Part shown: positions 33,844 through 46,709 of the stretch, one piece after another
Layout: each line of letters starts with the position of its first letter
How positions within the stretch are numbered: the stretch's first letter is position 1
Assembly (NCBI RefSeq): GCF_036321535.1
Contig: NC_087436.1
Location: 117,058,001-117,122,000 of the forward strand
Length of the DNA stretch: 64,000 nt
Direction: 5' to 3'
Source of the DNA: Camelus dromedarius
Lineage: Eukaryota
Position numbers and translations under genes: made by a program
Notes under the pieces: model-generated
What the model was told of the DNA's origin: nothing
Database searches by the model: none
The model's input: only the letters and a program-made list of their open reading frames with translations

Positions 33844-36800
33844 TCCTTGGGGCAGCCCTTGCATGGGTGGGCACTGCAGGGCACCATGGCGGGTCACTGA
33901 ACGCCCAGACACACCAGGACGACAGGTGTGCTGGCTGAGCCTGACGCCGGCCGCCCTGGGTTGTGTGTGAAGGGCTCGGCCAGGAGCTGGCACCTAGTGG
34001 GCACTTAATGATTTTTGTGTTTAAACCTACTCTGACAACTTCTGTAAAACTTGCTCTAATTTATTTATATCTTATGATTTACTTGAGCCCTGTGATTTCC
34101 CCCCCCCCCCAACCCCTGCTAGCCCTGCTTGCCAGCAAAATGCCTCTTCATTTAAAGCCCCGTGATTTGGCCCTGGTGCCTCTGAAAACTGTGTCTTAGG
34201 GAGAAATGTGGTTGGCATAGCATCCCCGCCTGGCGCTTGGGGCCACAGCCCAGCTGCTGAGTCACCCGCAAGCCCAGGCCTGCCCTCTGGGCCCCGGGAG
34301 GGACGTTTAACCAGACGGGAAGCAGTGAGGCCCGCCGGCGCAGAGACCGCCGCAGAGGGCGGTGCACGCACGAGGAGACTCGGTCTGACCTTCCTGGCCG
34401 CTCGTACGAGCACCGATGTGGAGCAGGAACTCGGAGTTTGGTACAGGTCTTCTTGGGCGATGTGCTTTATGTTTCTAGCATGCTGGTGCTTTGAATCGAG
34501 CAAAGACACAAAACATTTCCTGCAGAGATCTGGGCCCCGGGCTAAAAATAAAAATAGTGTAGTGCATAGAGGAGGAGCGAGGCTGAGAAGGTGCTGTGCC
34601 CTCCGGCTAAGTGGGGTACCTGGCACCTGATGTGCCCGGTGTAGGGGTCCTGAGGACCTCGGGAAGCCTGCCCTCACTCCCAGACAGGGTTCCAGCCCTC
34701 TGCGGGCTCCTTAGATCCCTCTGAGTCTCGCTGGTCTACATTCTGCTGAATGAGCAAACCTTCCAGAAGGGCTGTGTGAGGAACCCGCACCTGGGGCTGG
34801 ACCCCAGCCCAGAACAAGACAGCAGTCTCTGCCCTTGGGGGCCCTCTGTCCTGTGTGATGGTTCTCAGGGCAGAGCCACTTAAGGCCCAATTTCCCTTTC
34901 TAGGGCATCTTCCTCTGATAATTTGGTGCTGGCAGCTGCCATGCGCCACGCTCAGCCCCCTGGGCACCCAAGCAGTGGTTCCCAGGTGGCCCTCGGGCAG
35001 CAGCACACCCAGGTTGCACAGTGGGAGGGTTCCTGAATAGGCGCCCCATGCCCCGAGGAGAAGTATATGAGGGTCCCTCTGGTGAGGACCAAGGGAGGAG
35101 AGACCAGGCTGCAGAGCAGATGTGAGGCGAGGCCTCCATGGGCACCAGAAGGCCCACCTGGCTCCCCGACCCCAGTGATGCTCCACAGGAGGAGTGGGGG
35201 GCAGGCTCCCCACGCACAGTCACTCCCCTCAGTGCAGCTTGTTGTCTGGAGGGGAGACGTGTCCCCAGTGGTAGGAGCAAGCCTTGTGGAGGGAGCCCCT
35301 TCCCCACCATCACTCTGTCTGTCCCCTTGCACCGCAGTGCTTTTCTCCGTGGTCCTGTGTCCTACAAGCGAGTGGACATGTGTACATTTGTTGTCTGCCA
35401 GCTGGTGCCTGCTGCCCCCAGGGGCCCCTGGTCAGGGCTGCCCTCGTCAGATGGGGCCACTGTCTCTTTCCAGCCCCAGCTGCTTCTGAAAAGAATTAGA
35501 TGAACAAGCAGGACCCAACAGAAGAGGCTGATGGCCTGAGCGGGGGAGACAGTGGGAGAACTGACTGTGAGTCCAGGCCTGGAGGGGGCCTGAGCTCAGC
35601 AGGGTGAGGGGAGCAGATTCCCTGCTGAGCTGGGGGGTGGGAGAGCGGCCCTGGGGTGTCTGAGCAGGGCACCCTCAGCCTTGTGCTGCAGGCGCTATAT
35701 TCTCCATGACTCCCTGTAGCGCCCTGGACTGGCCTGAGCACGGGGACCACACAGCCCAGCGTGTGTGTGAGCGTGTGCACACGCATGAGCGCCCGTGTCC
35801 TTCCTGCACACACGGTGCTCCTCTTCCGGCTCCCGCTTCTGCTGCTTCCTCTCCTTTCCCTGCCAGCTGGTTTGTTCAGCCGAGGGCTTAACTGGCTGTG
35901 GTCAGCTTTGGAACTTGCCTCGGGCAGCATGCCAGGCGGTCTGGCTGGACCTCGTCCAGAGAGACCAGGGCCCCCGGGGCGCCCTCATTAGCCCTGTTCA
36001 CAAGGATGCTGGTGTCTCTTCTCATCTGTTCCACGGCAGACCCTGAGCCCGGTGTTCGCCCGCAGGGGTGCGCTTCCAGTGGCCTCCTGCAGAGCCTTAG
36101 TTCACTGACTGGTTGAGACTGAGTCATCGCAGGAGCCCACGGTACACTAGGGGCTCGTCTAAGACTACGTGTGTTGACTCATTTATCGTCACAGCAGCCC
36201 CCTGGTGTTCATTATCCCCTCTGTGGCTGGGGCTGTCAGTGCTGTTTGACGCCCACAGAGCCTCGCAGGGCAAGGGCAGCCTCTGTAGCCGGCACCCCCC
36301 GTCGGCTGGGCCTGAACGGGCGATGGAAGCTGTTCCCACCGAGACCGGCTGTAGAGTTTGCGTTCAGTGCCCCGCTGGCCGGGGTCCTGGAGACAGTGCG
36401 AGCTTACCTGCTGGGGGACTTGACTCAGAGCCATGCAGGGCTGAGGTTTTAGGCTCGAGAGTTAGTGTACAATGTTCCACTTTTCCTACTCGTTTGAGGA
36501 AGTCGGTGCGCGTTTGGGAAGCACGTGTGGGGGCTGGTGCGTGGAGCTGGGTGACGGATGGCAGCAGGGAGGAGAGGGCGTGTTAATTTATTACTAATCC
36601 GCTGCAAATGCTACGGTGAGAACAGGCCTGGTATCAAGTTCTGTCTGTAGTACGACTCCTTGCAACGCCCACGGTGCTGGGTGGAGCCTCACCAGAGGGT
36701 CTCATTCTCGGCTCAGCCTCAAGTTGTGGGGTGATGCCTCGCTCTGCCAAACGGGGCTGCTCGTTGCCTGAGGTGCTGCCACAGAGCTGGGAGACAGGGG

Positions 36801-37328
36801 GACAGAGCCTGCAGACCCTGGGGAGGCAGAGGGCCACCTCGCAGGGCACAGCATGCCCCAGGCCCCCCGGGCACAGGCTCAGTGGCACCCCTCGTTTCTC
36901 CTGGTTTCTGCAGCCCCTGCGCAGGAGAGGCAGCATCACTAGTGCCATCAGGTTTTTGCAGATGACAACTTTAGTTCCCGAATGTAAGGAATTTGCCTGA
37001 TCTCCCTACAAGGAAAGGAATACAGTCATAAAACAAACTGCTCCCTGAGCATTGCTGCCATGTGTCCAGGTGGCACAGTCAGGGCTTGTGATCATCGTGA
37101 TGACCGGGAAAATGCAGAGGCCCCCATACTGGTCCTCACGGAGGCAGCAGGCTCTGATTGACAGTGACCGGGTACTGTTAACCTGAGAACACGCACCTCC
37201 TCCCAGCTGTGGCCCCAGCTGTCTCCAGCAAGCCTGCGGACCCTGGGCGGTGCTGCGTGAACTTGCCTTTGCGCACGCGGCCCTGGCCCAGTAGTGAATG
37301 TGGCCTCACTGCCCCGTTGTGTCCGCAG

Positions 37329-37476
37329 ACATATCTGGGAAGCTGAGGATCTGGGATACCACGCAGAAGGAGCACCTCTTGAAGTATGAGTATCAGCCTT
37401 TTGCTGGGAAGATCAAGGACATTGCTTGGACGGAAGACAGTAAGAGGATCGCAGTGGTCGGGGAAGGAAGGGAGAA
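37329..37476 (+). CDS. WDR1: WDR1 exon 4 (148 nt)
   Basis: ccgcag acceptor; [50 protein letters not shown]; gtgagt donor. Confidence 0.98.
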
Positions 37477-38548
37477 GTGAGTCTCTGGCCCGGCCCCTCC
37501 CGCCCTGTCCCTTGCTTTGCTTTGTTTCCTGGGCGCCCCTGGTGGGTAGGGCGCAGTGACATCGGTGTGGCTTGGTCTGGTGTGTGTTCATCCTGTGGGA
37601 ACCAGGCCTCCTTTAGGGCTGGCCTAAGCACTGCGTGACGGAAAACCACGTGTGACAGCAGAGAGCCCCAGGGTTTGTCCCTGGCCTGGGCACCTTCTCT
37701 GATCTGATGTCCTTGGCCCTTTGCCTCCTAGAACCCTAGCTGGCGTACCCACATTCCACGCAGCAGAAAGGGGGAGCTGAAAGTGATGCAGCTTCTGAGC
37801 AACATTGGGGTCCCTCCCAGCAGGTGCCCAGGGGGCTGGTGTGTTCCTTAGCTGGGCACAGCCCTACAGTCACCTCACTAAAGAGCAGGGCACATGGACC
37901 CTGGGTAGGGGCCATGGGGGCTGCTGCACTTGGGTCCAGGGACCAGCAGGGTCAGTACCGTGGCCCAGGGTTCCTTATTCCAAGTGCAGTCAGGGTCCCT
38001 CCCTGGCACCTCTGCTGCCGTCAAGCACTTGAACTTGGTAGGAATTTACTCAGAGGATCCTAATGTGTGTTCTGATCAGTACTAATTCTTCCATAGTTTT
38101 TCAAGTCATTCCTGTTGATCCTAATTCCTGTTTCATTCAGTCACAAAGAGTAACCAAAACAATACATTTTCATTGACTGCCAGCCGAGAACAAGGCAGCG
38201 TCTTCTTTCTAGTAGGGAAGGGTAACTGTGTGTTTCCTTGTGGCCCCCACCCCCCTGCCAGTAAAACTGTTGTGAAACTGACAAAGCCCTAGAGCTGTTC
38301 CCTGGCAGGTGCTTTTAAGGCACCTTCACGTGGGAGGCTCGTTGGGTCTGGACCTAAGACACAGACATCTAGTCCCTTCCCAGAAGCACTTGGGATGGTT
38401 CCTGTTTGTTAGAAAATCCTGCGCGCTTGGGGGAGCGTGCACGGAGCACAGATGTGAGCAGGGCTGCGCTGCCAGCACCATTGCCTGCGTCTTAGCGACC
38501 TTCCTGGGACTGACTTTTCCTTTCCTGGACTCTTCTCATTGGGTGAAG

Positions 38549-38729
38549 GTTCGGAGCCGTCTTCCTGTGGGACAGTGGCTCTTCCGTGGGCGAGATCACA
38601 GGACACAACAAAGTCATCAACAGCGTGGACATTAAGCAGAGCCGGCCGTACCGCCTGGTGACTGGCAGTGATGACAACTGTGCCGCGTTCTTTGAGGGGC
38701 CACCATTCAAGTTCAAGTTCACAATTGGC
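38549..38729 (+). CDS. WDR1: WDR1 exon 5 (181 nt)
   Basis: gaag acceptor; [60 protein letters not shown]; gtaagt donor. Confidence 0.97.
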
Positions 38730-41700
38730 GTAAGTGGGCTTCTCTCTGTAGGGTGGTTTTTGGGTGGACTTTGTGGTTTACCTGAAGCCGGCAGAGTCTA
38801 GACCTGTTAGATGCTGATGGCAGAAGGTCCCAACTGCACACCATCAATCCTGGGATGGCTGGGTAGGTGGCTAGGGGTGGTGGCGCATCTCTGACATCGG
38901 GTGACTGGGTAAGCGTCCTGGTCTGGAAGTGCCTTGTTAGAAAGGGGAGCCCAGGCCAGGTGACAGTCTGCCTTCTGATTGTACCAGCTTGAGATCCCCT
39001 GAGCCACTAAAATGTCAGAGGAGGTGAGTTTCCAGGGATATCTGTATCTGCCCCTCTGGTACCTCCCTGAGAGAGGTGATGAGGGCAGGTGACACCTGTG
39101 AAGTGACACACAGTGAGGAGAGTTAGCCGCTTTGCCTGGAGAGTCGCAGTCTTTGGGTGTAAATGGCTTTGGGGTCTCAGTGCCAGCTCTGCACATGCTT
39201 CCTGACTGGGACAAGGTTCTGAACCTCTCTAAGCCTCACTTTTCCCATCTGCAGGATGGGTGTGGGGATATGGGTGGGAGAGCAATGTAACCATGAATTT
39301 GAGCTATGCACAGCACCTGCAGGTCCACGGTGGCCCACGATGCTGGTTTCCTGCCCCGTGGTCTGAGGCTAGAGTGTGGAAGGGAGGGTACCTGGCAGGG
39401 GACAGCGGCACTCAAGTTCCAGGGTGGCTGTGGTTCCGAATCTCCCCCTCCCGATTCTCTTGTGAAAACACCAGAGAGGCAGCCAGTACCGGTGGTGGTG
39501 GTGGAAGTGAGTGCACAGAGCTGCTGTGTGGAGAACGTGTGGTGCTTTACGGCCGGCTGTGTGCCCTGGAGGTGGCTGAGCTGGGATTTGCTGAGGTCTG
39601 GGGCCTTGTCCCAGGAACGTTAGTGGCTCACTGAGTGAGAAGCCTTGTTAACTTTGATGACAACACAGTGAATCATAAGCAGTGGGCAGGGTGTGGCCGG
39701 AAAGGCAGTGGCGGTCCTCAACGGTTCCCCAGAGAGCAGGACTCGGCTGTGGGCAGCACTTCCAGACAGATCTCGGCTCAGGTGCAGAGGAGCTCCCCAG
39801 GTTCCCTACTGGTGATGAAACGGGTTTGATTTCCTCCCGGGGCCACCCAGCAGGGCCAGTGGGCTGTGCAGCCCAGAGCCCCTCCCTAGCACCCTGCACC
39901 TCCCTCCCGGAGGTGGGCTCCTGGGGCTGCTGCTCCAGGTGGGTGGTGGCACTCTGTGGGAGGCGTGGTTCAAGGTCAGCCGTTTCCTAAGCAGGATGAG
40001 GTACTGTGAGTAATGCTGAGTCAAGTCTGGGCATCCTGCGCTGGGCCCAGGGGAGGGAGGAGGGAGACGGAGGTTTCTGTGGCAGCGAGAGACTGTCCTA
40101 GCCCCTCTCCCTGTCTCCCTCTCCCTGTGCCCCTTCCCCTCCCCACCCCACCCCGGGTCTGTTTGGTTCCCCTTGGCTGTTATCTGGGCTCTGGGTGGGC
40201 GGGGCTCCATTTCCTGCCCTGAGAGCAGGGAGGGATCATTTCCTCTTTGCAGGTACGGATTAAACCCAGCACAGCGCCTCAGTGGCGGGTGGCTGGAGCC
40301 AGGACTCAAGTCCGGAGTTGGCCCGGACCTGTGCTCTACCACCCTGCCGGTCTTCTCCGGGGGCTGACTCGGGGACTTGGCCAGAAGGTTCCTTTTCTTT
40401 CCATTTTCCTTTCTGACCTGAGAACACTGCCCCTACCCTGCGGCCCCGGCCCAAGTGTGTCACGTGGAGATGCTGGCCTGGCTGGCACCTGTCTCCAGGA
40501 TGGGCACACAGCTCATCCTGAAGTCTTCCAGGGTAGGGACCCAGCAGAGATCAGGGGCTATGGACTGAGAATGGGGGACGTTGGGTGGCAGCCCAGCACT
40601 GTAGCTGGCTGGCTCTGCAGCCCTCAGGCTGGTTGTGCCTCTGAGCCCCCAGGGAAACAGGGTGGGGATGGCCCTCCCCCACTGGGCCGCAGAGTTGCGG
40701 GGAAGACGGAGAGCTGCTGGTGGATGTCTGAGCAGCTGTGAGGCATTGCCAAACATCTTTGAAAGATTCTAACACGCTCAGTTGGCCTGGAGTAGGAAGG
40801 ACAGGAGGGCCCCCCACACCCACCTGTAGCACCTTGTAAGGTGAGATCGGCCTTTTCCTTGTGCATCTGCGCGGCCCTCACCACCCCAGAGCAAGGCTGT
40901 AATGTGCAGGGTCCCCATCCACCCGGTTCCAGCTTCTGCCACCGTCCTCTGGGCCACATTTAGGGCCGTTGAGGGAGGGGTGAGCATGTGAGCAGCACAG
41001 AGGAGTCGAGTTCAAGTTGCTGCCTCAAAAAAGGAGTTAGTCGTGTTCCAAATTTCAGTACCTGCCGGAGCAGCTGTAAGGCAGCTCCGACCAGGCAGGA
41101 GGGCAGCAGTGTCTCAGATGCAGACAGGAGTGGCCGCCGTCCCCCTGCTGGCCTGAGTGTGGGGGTCTCGGTGCTTTTCCTTCTTGTTCATCAGTTTGTT
41201 GGTTCAAACCAGCTTCTCGTGTTGGCATAGTGAGAGTGTAGACAAAGCTGAGTCATGCCCAACTTCAGCTGTACCATCCCGGTTCCTGCCCAGGCCCCTG
41301 ATCTGGCTTTAGTCCTAGTTTGCCTGAACTAGAAATGGGCTGAGAGGCTGTAGGAACCGTGGGCAGAATAGCACCCCCCCAGGGAAGTGACCCCAGGGTC
41401 ACAGGAGACCGGCTGTGCCCAGGAGTTTAGATGCCCCTTTGAGGCCCTAAGGGTGGCCTGAAAAGAAGGGTGCAAGAGGGACCTTGCCTATTTCTGCCTC
41501 TCCCATGGGGGTTTCTTCCTGCCAAGCACACCCCTGTGACGGCATCTGGAGGTGTGATGATGGCCCCGCTAAGCGTCTCTCCCTCACCTGCCCGTGTGCA
41601 CCTGGGTGACTGTGGCCTCGGGCGGACTTCTCTGCCTCTCAGGCCTCTGCTTCCTCCTCTGTCGGGTGAGTGTGTCGGCTGCTCCTATGACCGGGGACAC

Positions 41701-44700
41701 TGCCCCCGTAGCGAGCACCTCTAAGGGCTGTGTCCACGGTCCACGGGATAGCGCGTGTCTGATGAGATGATTGCTCAGAGCAACAAGCGTCAGGGCCCTC
41801 ATTCACCCGGACCTGCCTGTCGAGCTGCAGCGTCTGCCCAGGCCTCTGAGAGCAAGCGAGCGCACCTGGCCGCAGAGGGGCCTCCGGGTCTTCCCTCTGC
41901 CCAGGGGTGCCGCGTGGCGCGGCGCCCTCGTGCCTCACTCATCACTGTGGCTCTGCATGGTGGAGGTGAGCACAGCTTGGAAGTTACTAGAAGTATCACC
42001 CACCCAGACAGTTGAGCAAAATTTGAGCTCTAATATGCAAGGTTTTCTAGTGGTTGTTTTTCCCTTTGTCCTGTGTCTTTATTCATGACTGAAAGCAGAA
42101 GTTGGAGTTCAAGTGTGTATCAGGTGCCCGCCTTGTACTGGCCCTGGGCTGGGCACACAGACGGCCTGGCATCATCCTTAGCCACCTTTCCCCCTTGTGT
42201 TGGCTTTCAGAGAGTGGTGTGCGTTAGTGATCGATGGCCGTGCCGGGAGGTCGGCAGGGCGGGTCTCCTCCTCTCTGCCCCTCATCTCCCTGGTATCCCC
42301 CTGAGCTGATTAGCCAAGCTGACGTGGACAGTCAGTGGCCAAAGGAGGGTTAGAATGAACCTTTTATCCCTTCATCAGGTCCTCTCTCTGCAGAGGAAAG
42401 TGGTAACTTGGCAGATCTGTCCAGGGTGACGGGAGGAGGGGGTGTGGTTTTTGAAGGGCAAGGGGTGCAGGGCTGCTCCCCAGACACTTTACAGGAAGGT
42501 TTCTCAGAGTGCGGAGGAGCAGGGTTTGAGCAGGGGCAATGGACTGAAGTGGGGAGGGGCAGCATTTCAGGGCAGGGTGGAAACCCACTTTCAGGGTGCT
42601 GACCGTGGAGGGAGGGAGGGGGCAGTGGTCATGGGCATCTGAACCGTGTGTCCCTCCACGAGCCTGTGACAAGGGAACGAGGCAGGTAGGCACAGGGCAC
42701 CCAGGCTGAGGGTAGCCATCGTACAGGCAGGACACAGCTGAGGCTGCTGGAACCAGGGAGGGCTCCCAGGGGACACCTGAGCTGACCTGCTGGTCAGGCC
42801 CTGGAGCCCAGTGGCGCTCTGTCCCTGTCAGTGACGTGGACCCTGGTGCATTACCTACTTACTAGCTAACTGTTCCCAGCTCCGATTTCTCAGTGGTGGG
42901 GGGAGGGGAGGGGGAGGCAGTGATGGCGTGGGGAGCGGGGAATGATGGGAAGTTATGCCAGGATTGGGGAGGTAACGATGTGGGGGATGGGTAATAACAG
43001 GGTGTGGGGAGGTAATGACAGTGGGGAGGTTCTGGGCAGATCCACTAGCACAGTCCCGCCAGCGCTGCGGTGTGTTGGAGGGGACCAGGCACCCGGGCCC
43101 TTCACCCCAGTGGGCGGCCAGAGCCTTTCTAGGGTGGAAGGGAGAGAGGGAAGGATAGGGACTCAATCGTCCAAAGCGCCCATGATGTTCCCCCACACCC
43201 GGTCCTCTTCTGTACTCTGGCCTCACCTCCCTGCAGTGTGGGCTATTTTTAGCCCACACTTTTTTGGTTAATGGGCTGCTCACTGTTCCTCCCTTTAAAT
43301 GGGCTATTTCAGGACCAGACATCAGTCTCCTGTCCATTTGGGCTCTTGGCTTGAGTTGCAGGAAAAGCTGACCAGGAAGACTTTCTGAAGCCACAGCGCC
43401 CAGTCCCCAGGGGGGCCTGTGCCCTGTCCAGCCTGCACCCAGTGGGAAGATGGACAGACAGTGTCCACATGTGTGATGTCGCTGAAGCATCAGAGCTGAG
43501 AGGGGCAGGCAGTCGGGGAAGGGGAGGGGCAGCAGCACCGACGGGTACCCCAACCTCTGAGCTGGGCTGTGTGGGGGGTGCTCCTGCTCTCCTCTCAGGG
43601 ACCAGAGAAACAGGAGTTTGGCAAATGAGAATTGCACGGTGGCTGGGTGTCCCTCTGGTTCCCAGTGTATCCTCATGCCCAGTAAAGAGCAGTCACCCCC
43701 CACTGACACACCCCATCGCCCCCATTTGGCCCTGAGGTCTGCTCCACTGCTGTGAGCTCTCGGCATTCCTGGTTCTTGGGGGGACGTCTGGCCGGGACTC
43801 CATCAGTCTCAGGCACCAGAGTGGGGAGCTGGTCCCAGCCCCCTCCCTCGTCCACCTCACAGTGGAGGAAACTGGAACCAGGGACGGTGAGCCAGCAGAG
43901 GTCAGACACGAGAGGACCAGACATTTGGGCAGATGTCCAGGATTGCGACTGTGGTTTTGTCACTGAAGAGCTTTTCCTTTGAGCTCATCCAGAACGAGTT
44001 GTTCCTTCCTGCCTGTCCTCCCCACGGGGCAGTTCTGGGAGGACTGAAAGAAGCCTAGGGGGCTTGGCCCCAGAAATCCTCCTACCACTAGGTCTGAACC
44101 AGCCCAGGGCTGACAGGGACAGAGGGACGTGGGCCTCGATGTGCAGCTGGCTCCCTTACAGGTGTAGGGACAGCAGAGCAGTGGCACTCGGCCTGAGGAG
44201 TTAAGGATCTGACCTCTGGGTGGCTCCTCGCCCGGCCTGCCTGCCTTCTGTCCAGGGCCCAGAGCCAGCACGGTGGGGTCCAGAGCTCTTGACGAGAAAC
44301 TGGAGACCCGTGTTCTCACAACTCAGCCTCTCTGGGCCTTGTTGTCTCCTGAATTTAAAAAAAAAGAAAAGGGGGCCCCTGGAGGTGGGAGGATGACAGG
44401 TGAGTGACAGTCACGGAGGAACAGCAGTCAGAGGGCCTGACGGATTCCTGCTGGGAAAGTTGATTCATCTTCACTTTCATTCATTTTGGCGGTTTGCGTG
44501 CCTGCTGGGAAGCGGCTGTCTCCCAACTCAGAACACAAACCTCAGAGCAGGCAAGGTGGGCCTGAGAAGCAGACTGAGCAGGCAAAACTGGCCGTTCGTG
44601 GCCATGGGAGCATCACCCAGTCCGTCTCTGCCTCTGTCTCCGCGTGGTGTCTCCCTGTGTCTGTAGCGAGTCCACATCTCCCTCTCCCCACGAGGACACC

Positions 44701-45645
44701 AGGGTGTTGGCTTAGGGCCCGCCCTAAGGAGCTCATCTTGACTTGACTGCACGTGCAGAGACCCTCTTTCCCATAAGGTCACAATCACCAGTACCTGGGA
44801 TTTCAGCCTGTTTCTTCAGGACACAACTCAACCCATCACATAATCAAACACATGCCGTCCCTTCCACGCCAGCAGCTTGCAGTTTAAAATTGCCAGCGAT
44901 TTACTTGGAGGGTCGATGGGGGCAGGTGATGTGCGTTGAGTCGATTTGCCTTTCTTGCAGGTTGTGTGTTCATATCTTTAGAGGCAACTAACCCCGTGCA
45001 CGGAGGAGAGTTGGTAACTAACGCTCACCATGTGCTTGCAGCTGAGGTGGGAGAAGGGCTGGGGTCCTGTTGGTGGCTTGTGGGTTTTTCAAAGGGTCAT
45101 TCCCTGACGCAAACCCTTCTTGATTGAGGAAAGAGTGAGGTCATTTACTTACTTGGATGGCAGAATCACTCCTTGAGGCCATGTCTCCTGAGTCACTCAG
45201 ACTCTTCCCATGAAGGTCATAACTGCTGTTTAACTTCTTTACAAACCTCAGTTGGTTCAGCAAATGCCCACCAAGCGCCTGCTGTGTGCTGGGTTGGGGC
45301 CAGGCCCTGGGGGCTCGGGGAAGAGCCTCATGTTCCCAGCCTCACTAAGCAGAGGAAGTTTGGGCTTGAGCTCCTCTGGGGCCTGAGGGAGGTGGGCCAT
45401 TTCTGTCTGCGGAGATCAGGGGGCCCACCACAGCGGAGGGAGGCCCCCCAGGCAGAGATGTGCCTGGCCAAGGTGGGCAGGCGGGTTGGACCTCCCAGCG
45501 AGTCTGCTCGGCACTTGTGTTAATAAGGTCCAAAGCCTCCCGGGGACTGGTGGTCCACACTAGTGGTGGGCATGGGCTGCATACTTCACAGAGAGCCTTC
45601 TTGAACTTGCCTGTCGATGGTGGGTAACTGTCTCGTTTCCTGCAG

Positions 45646-45723
45646 GACCACAGCCGCTTCGTCAACTGCGTGCGATTCTCCCCCGACGGGAACAGATTTG
45701 CCACAGCCAGCGCTGATGGCCAG
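45646..45723 (+). CDS. WDR1: WDR1 exon 6 (78 nt)
   Basis: cctgcag acceptor; [26 protein letters not shown]; gtgagg donor. Confidence 0.98.
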
Positions 45724-46078
45724 GTGAGGGCTGAAGGCCGTGGAGGTGGGGGTTCATCTCGTGTCCTCTGTGAGTTCAGAGCAGATAGACTTAGGAAACT
45801 GGTCTCAATGTGCAGAACTTAGGAGTCTCCCTCTTTCCCCCCCATCTCGGGATGCAGCTCCATTGAGGAGCTGTGTCATCAAAGCATGGTAGACCCTTTT
45901 AAAGGAGCTCAAAACTCATCTTTTAACACTAATTTACATTAAATCTTTATTGTAAGAGTCACTGTCCCCAACTCTTGATGATGGAGCAGTTATTAATAGG
46001 GACAGCTCAGTGAGCGTGCTGACAGCCAAGAGCGATCACATGTCCCCGTGACCCACATGTATCTGTATTTCTTGAAAG

Positions 46079-46159
46079 ATCTACATCTACGACGGAAAGA
46101 CAGGAGAGAAGGTGTGCGCACTGGGAGGAAGCAAGGCTCACGACGGCGGCATCTATGCC
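46079..46159 (+). CDS. WDR1: WDR1 exon 7 (81 nt)
   Basis: aaag acceptor; [27 protein letters not shown]; gtaagt donor. Confidence 0.98.
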
Positions 46160-46475
46160 GTAAGTACGGGTTTGTGTCTGTGGGGTCCTCTGGTGTGATC
46201 GGGCCTGTCTGCCATCATCCGTACATGGGTTGAAGTTGGAAGCTTGCGACGCGGGGTTGGAAGTAGGGGCAGTGGTGGAGTGCTGGTAGGCCACATGGAA
46301 CAGGGTGACGTGGCCTGGAGAGGCCAGTGGCCAGGACCCTCTTCTTGTCCTTGCCCTGTCGTGTTCCATCACCTCCTGGTCCTCCCCGCTCAGAAAGGGG
46401 ATCTGTGGACCAGCTGCTTTCTGAGGTCTCTTCCCCCGATAGTGCTCTGACCTGATCACCATTTTGTTTGAGTAG

Positions 46476-46709
46476 ATCAGCTGGAGTCCTGATGGCTCCC
46501 ACTTGCTTTCTGCTTCTGGAGACAAAACCTCTAAAATTTGGGATGTCAATATGAACTCTGTTGTCAACACGTTTACCATGGGCTCCAACGTTCTGGACCA
46601 GCAGCTGGGCTGCTTATGGCAGAAGGACCACCTCCTCAGCATCTCCTTGTCTGGCTACATCAACTACCTGGACAAAAACAACCCCAGCAAACCCCTGCGG
46701 GTCATCAAG
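46476..46709 (+). CDS. WDR1: WDR1 exon 8 (234 nt)
   Basis: tag acceptor; [23 protein letters not shown]...[15 protein letters not shown]; gtgagg donor. Confidence 0.98.

Noticed and set aside
43235..43265. Hairpin followed by T-run resembling a bacterial intrinsic terminator
   Set aside because: Mammalian intron with no Pol III promoter evident; interpreted as a MEF2-centred palindrome instead.
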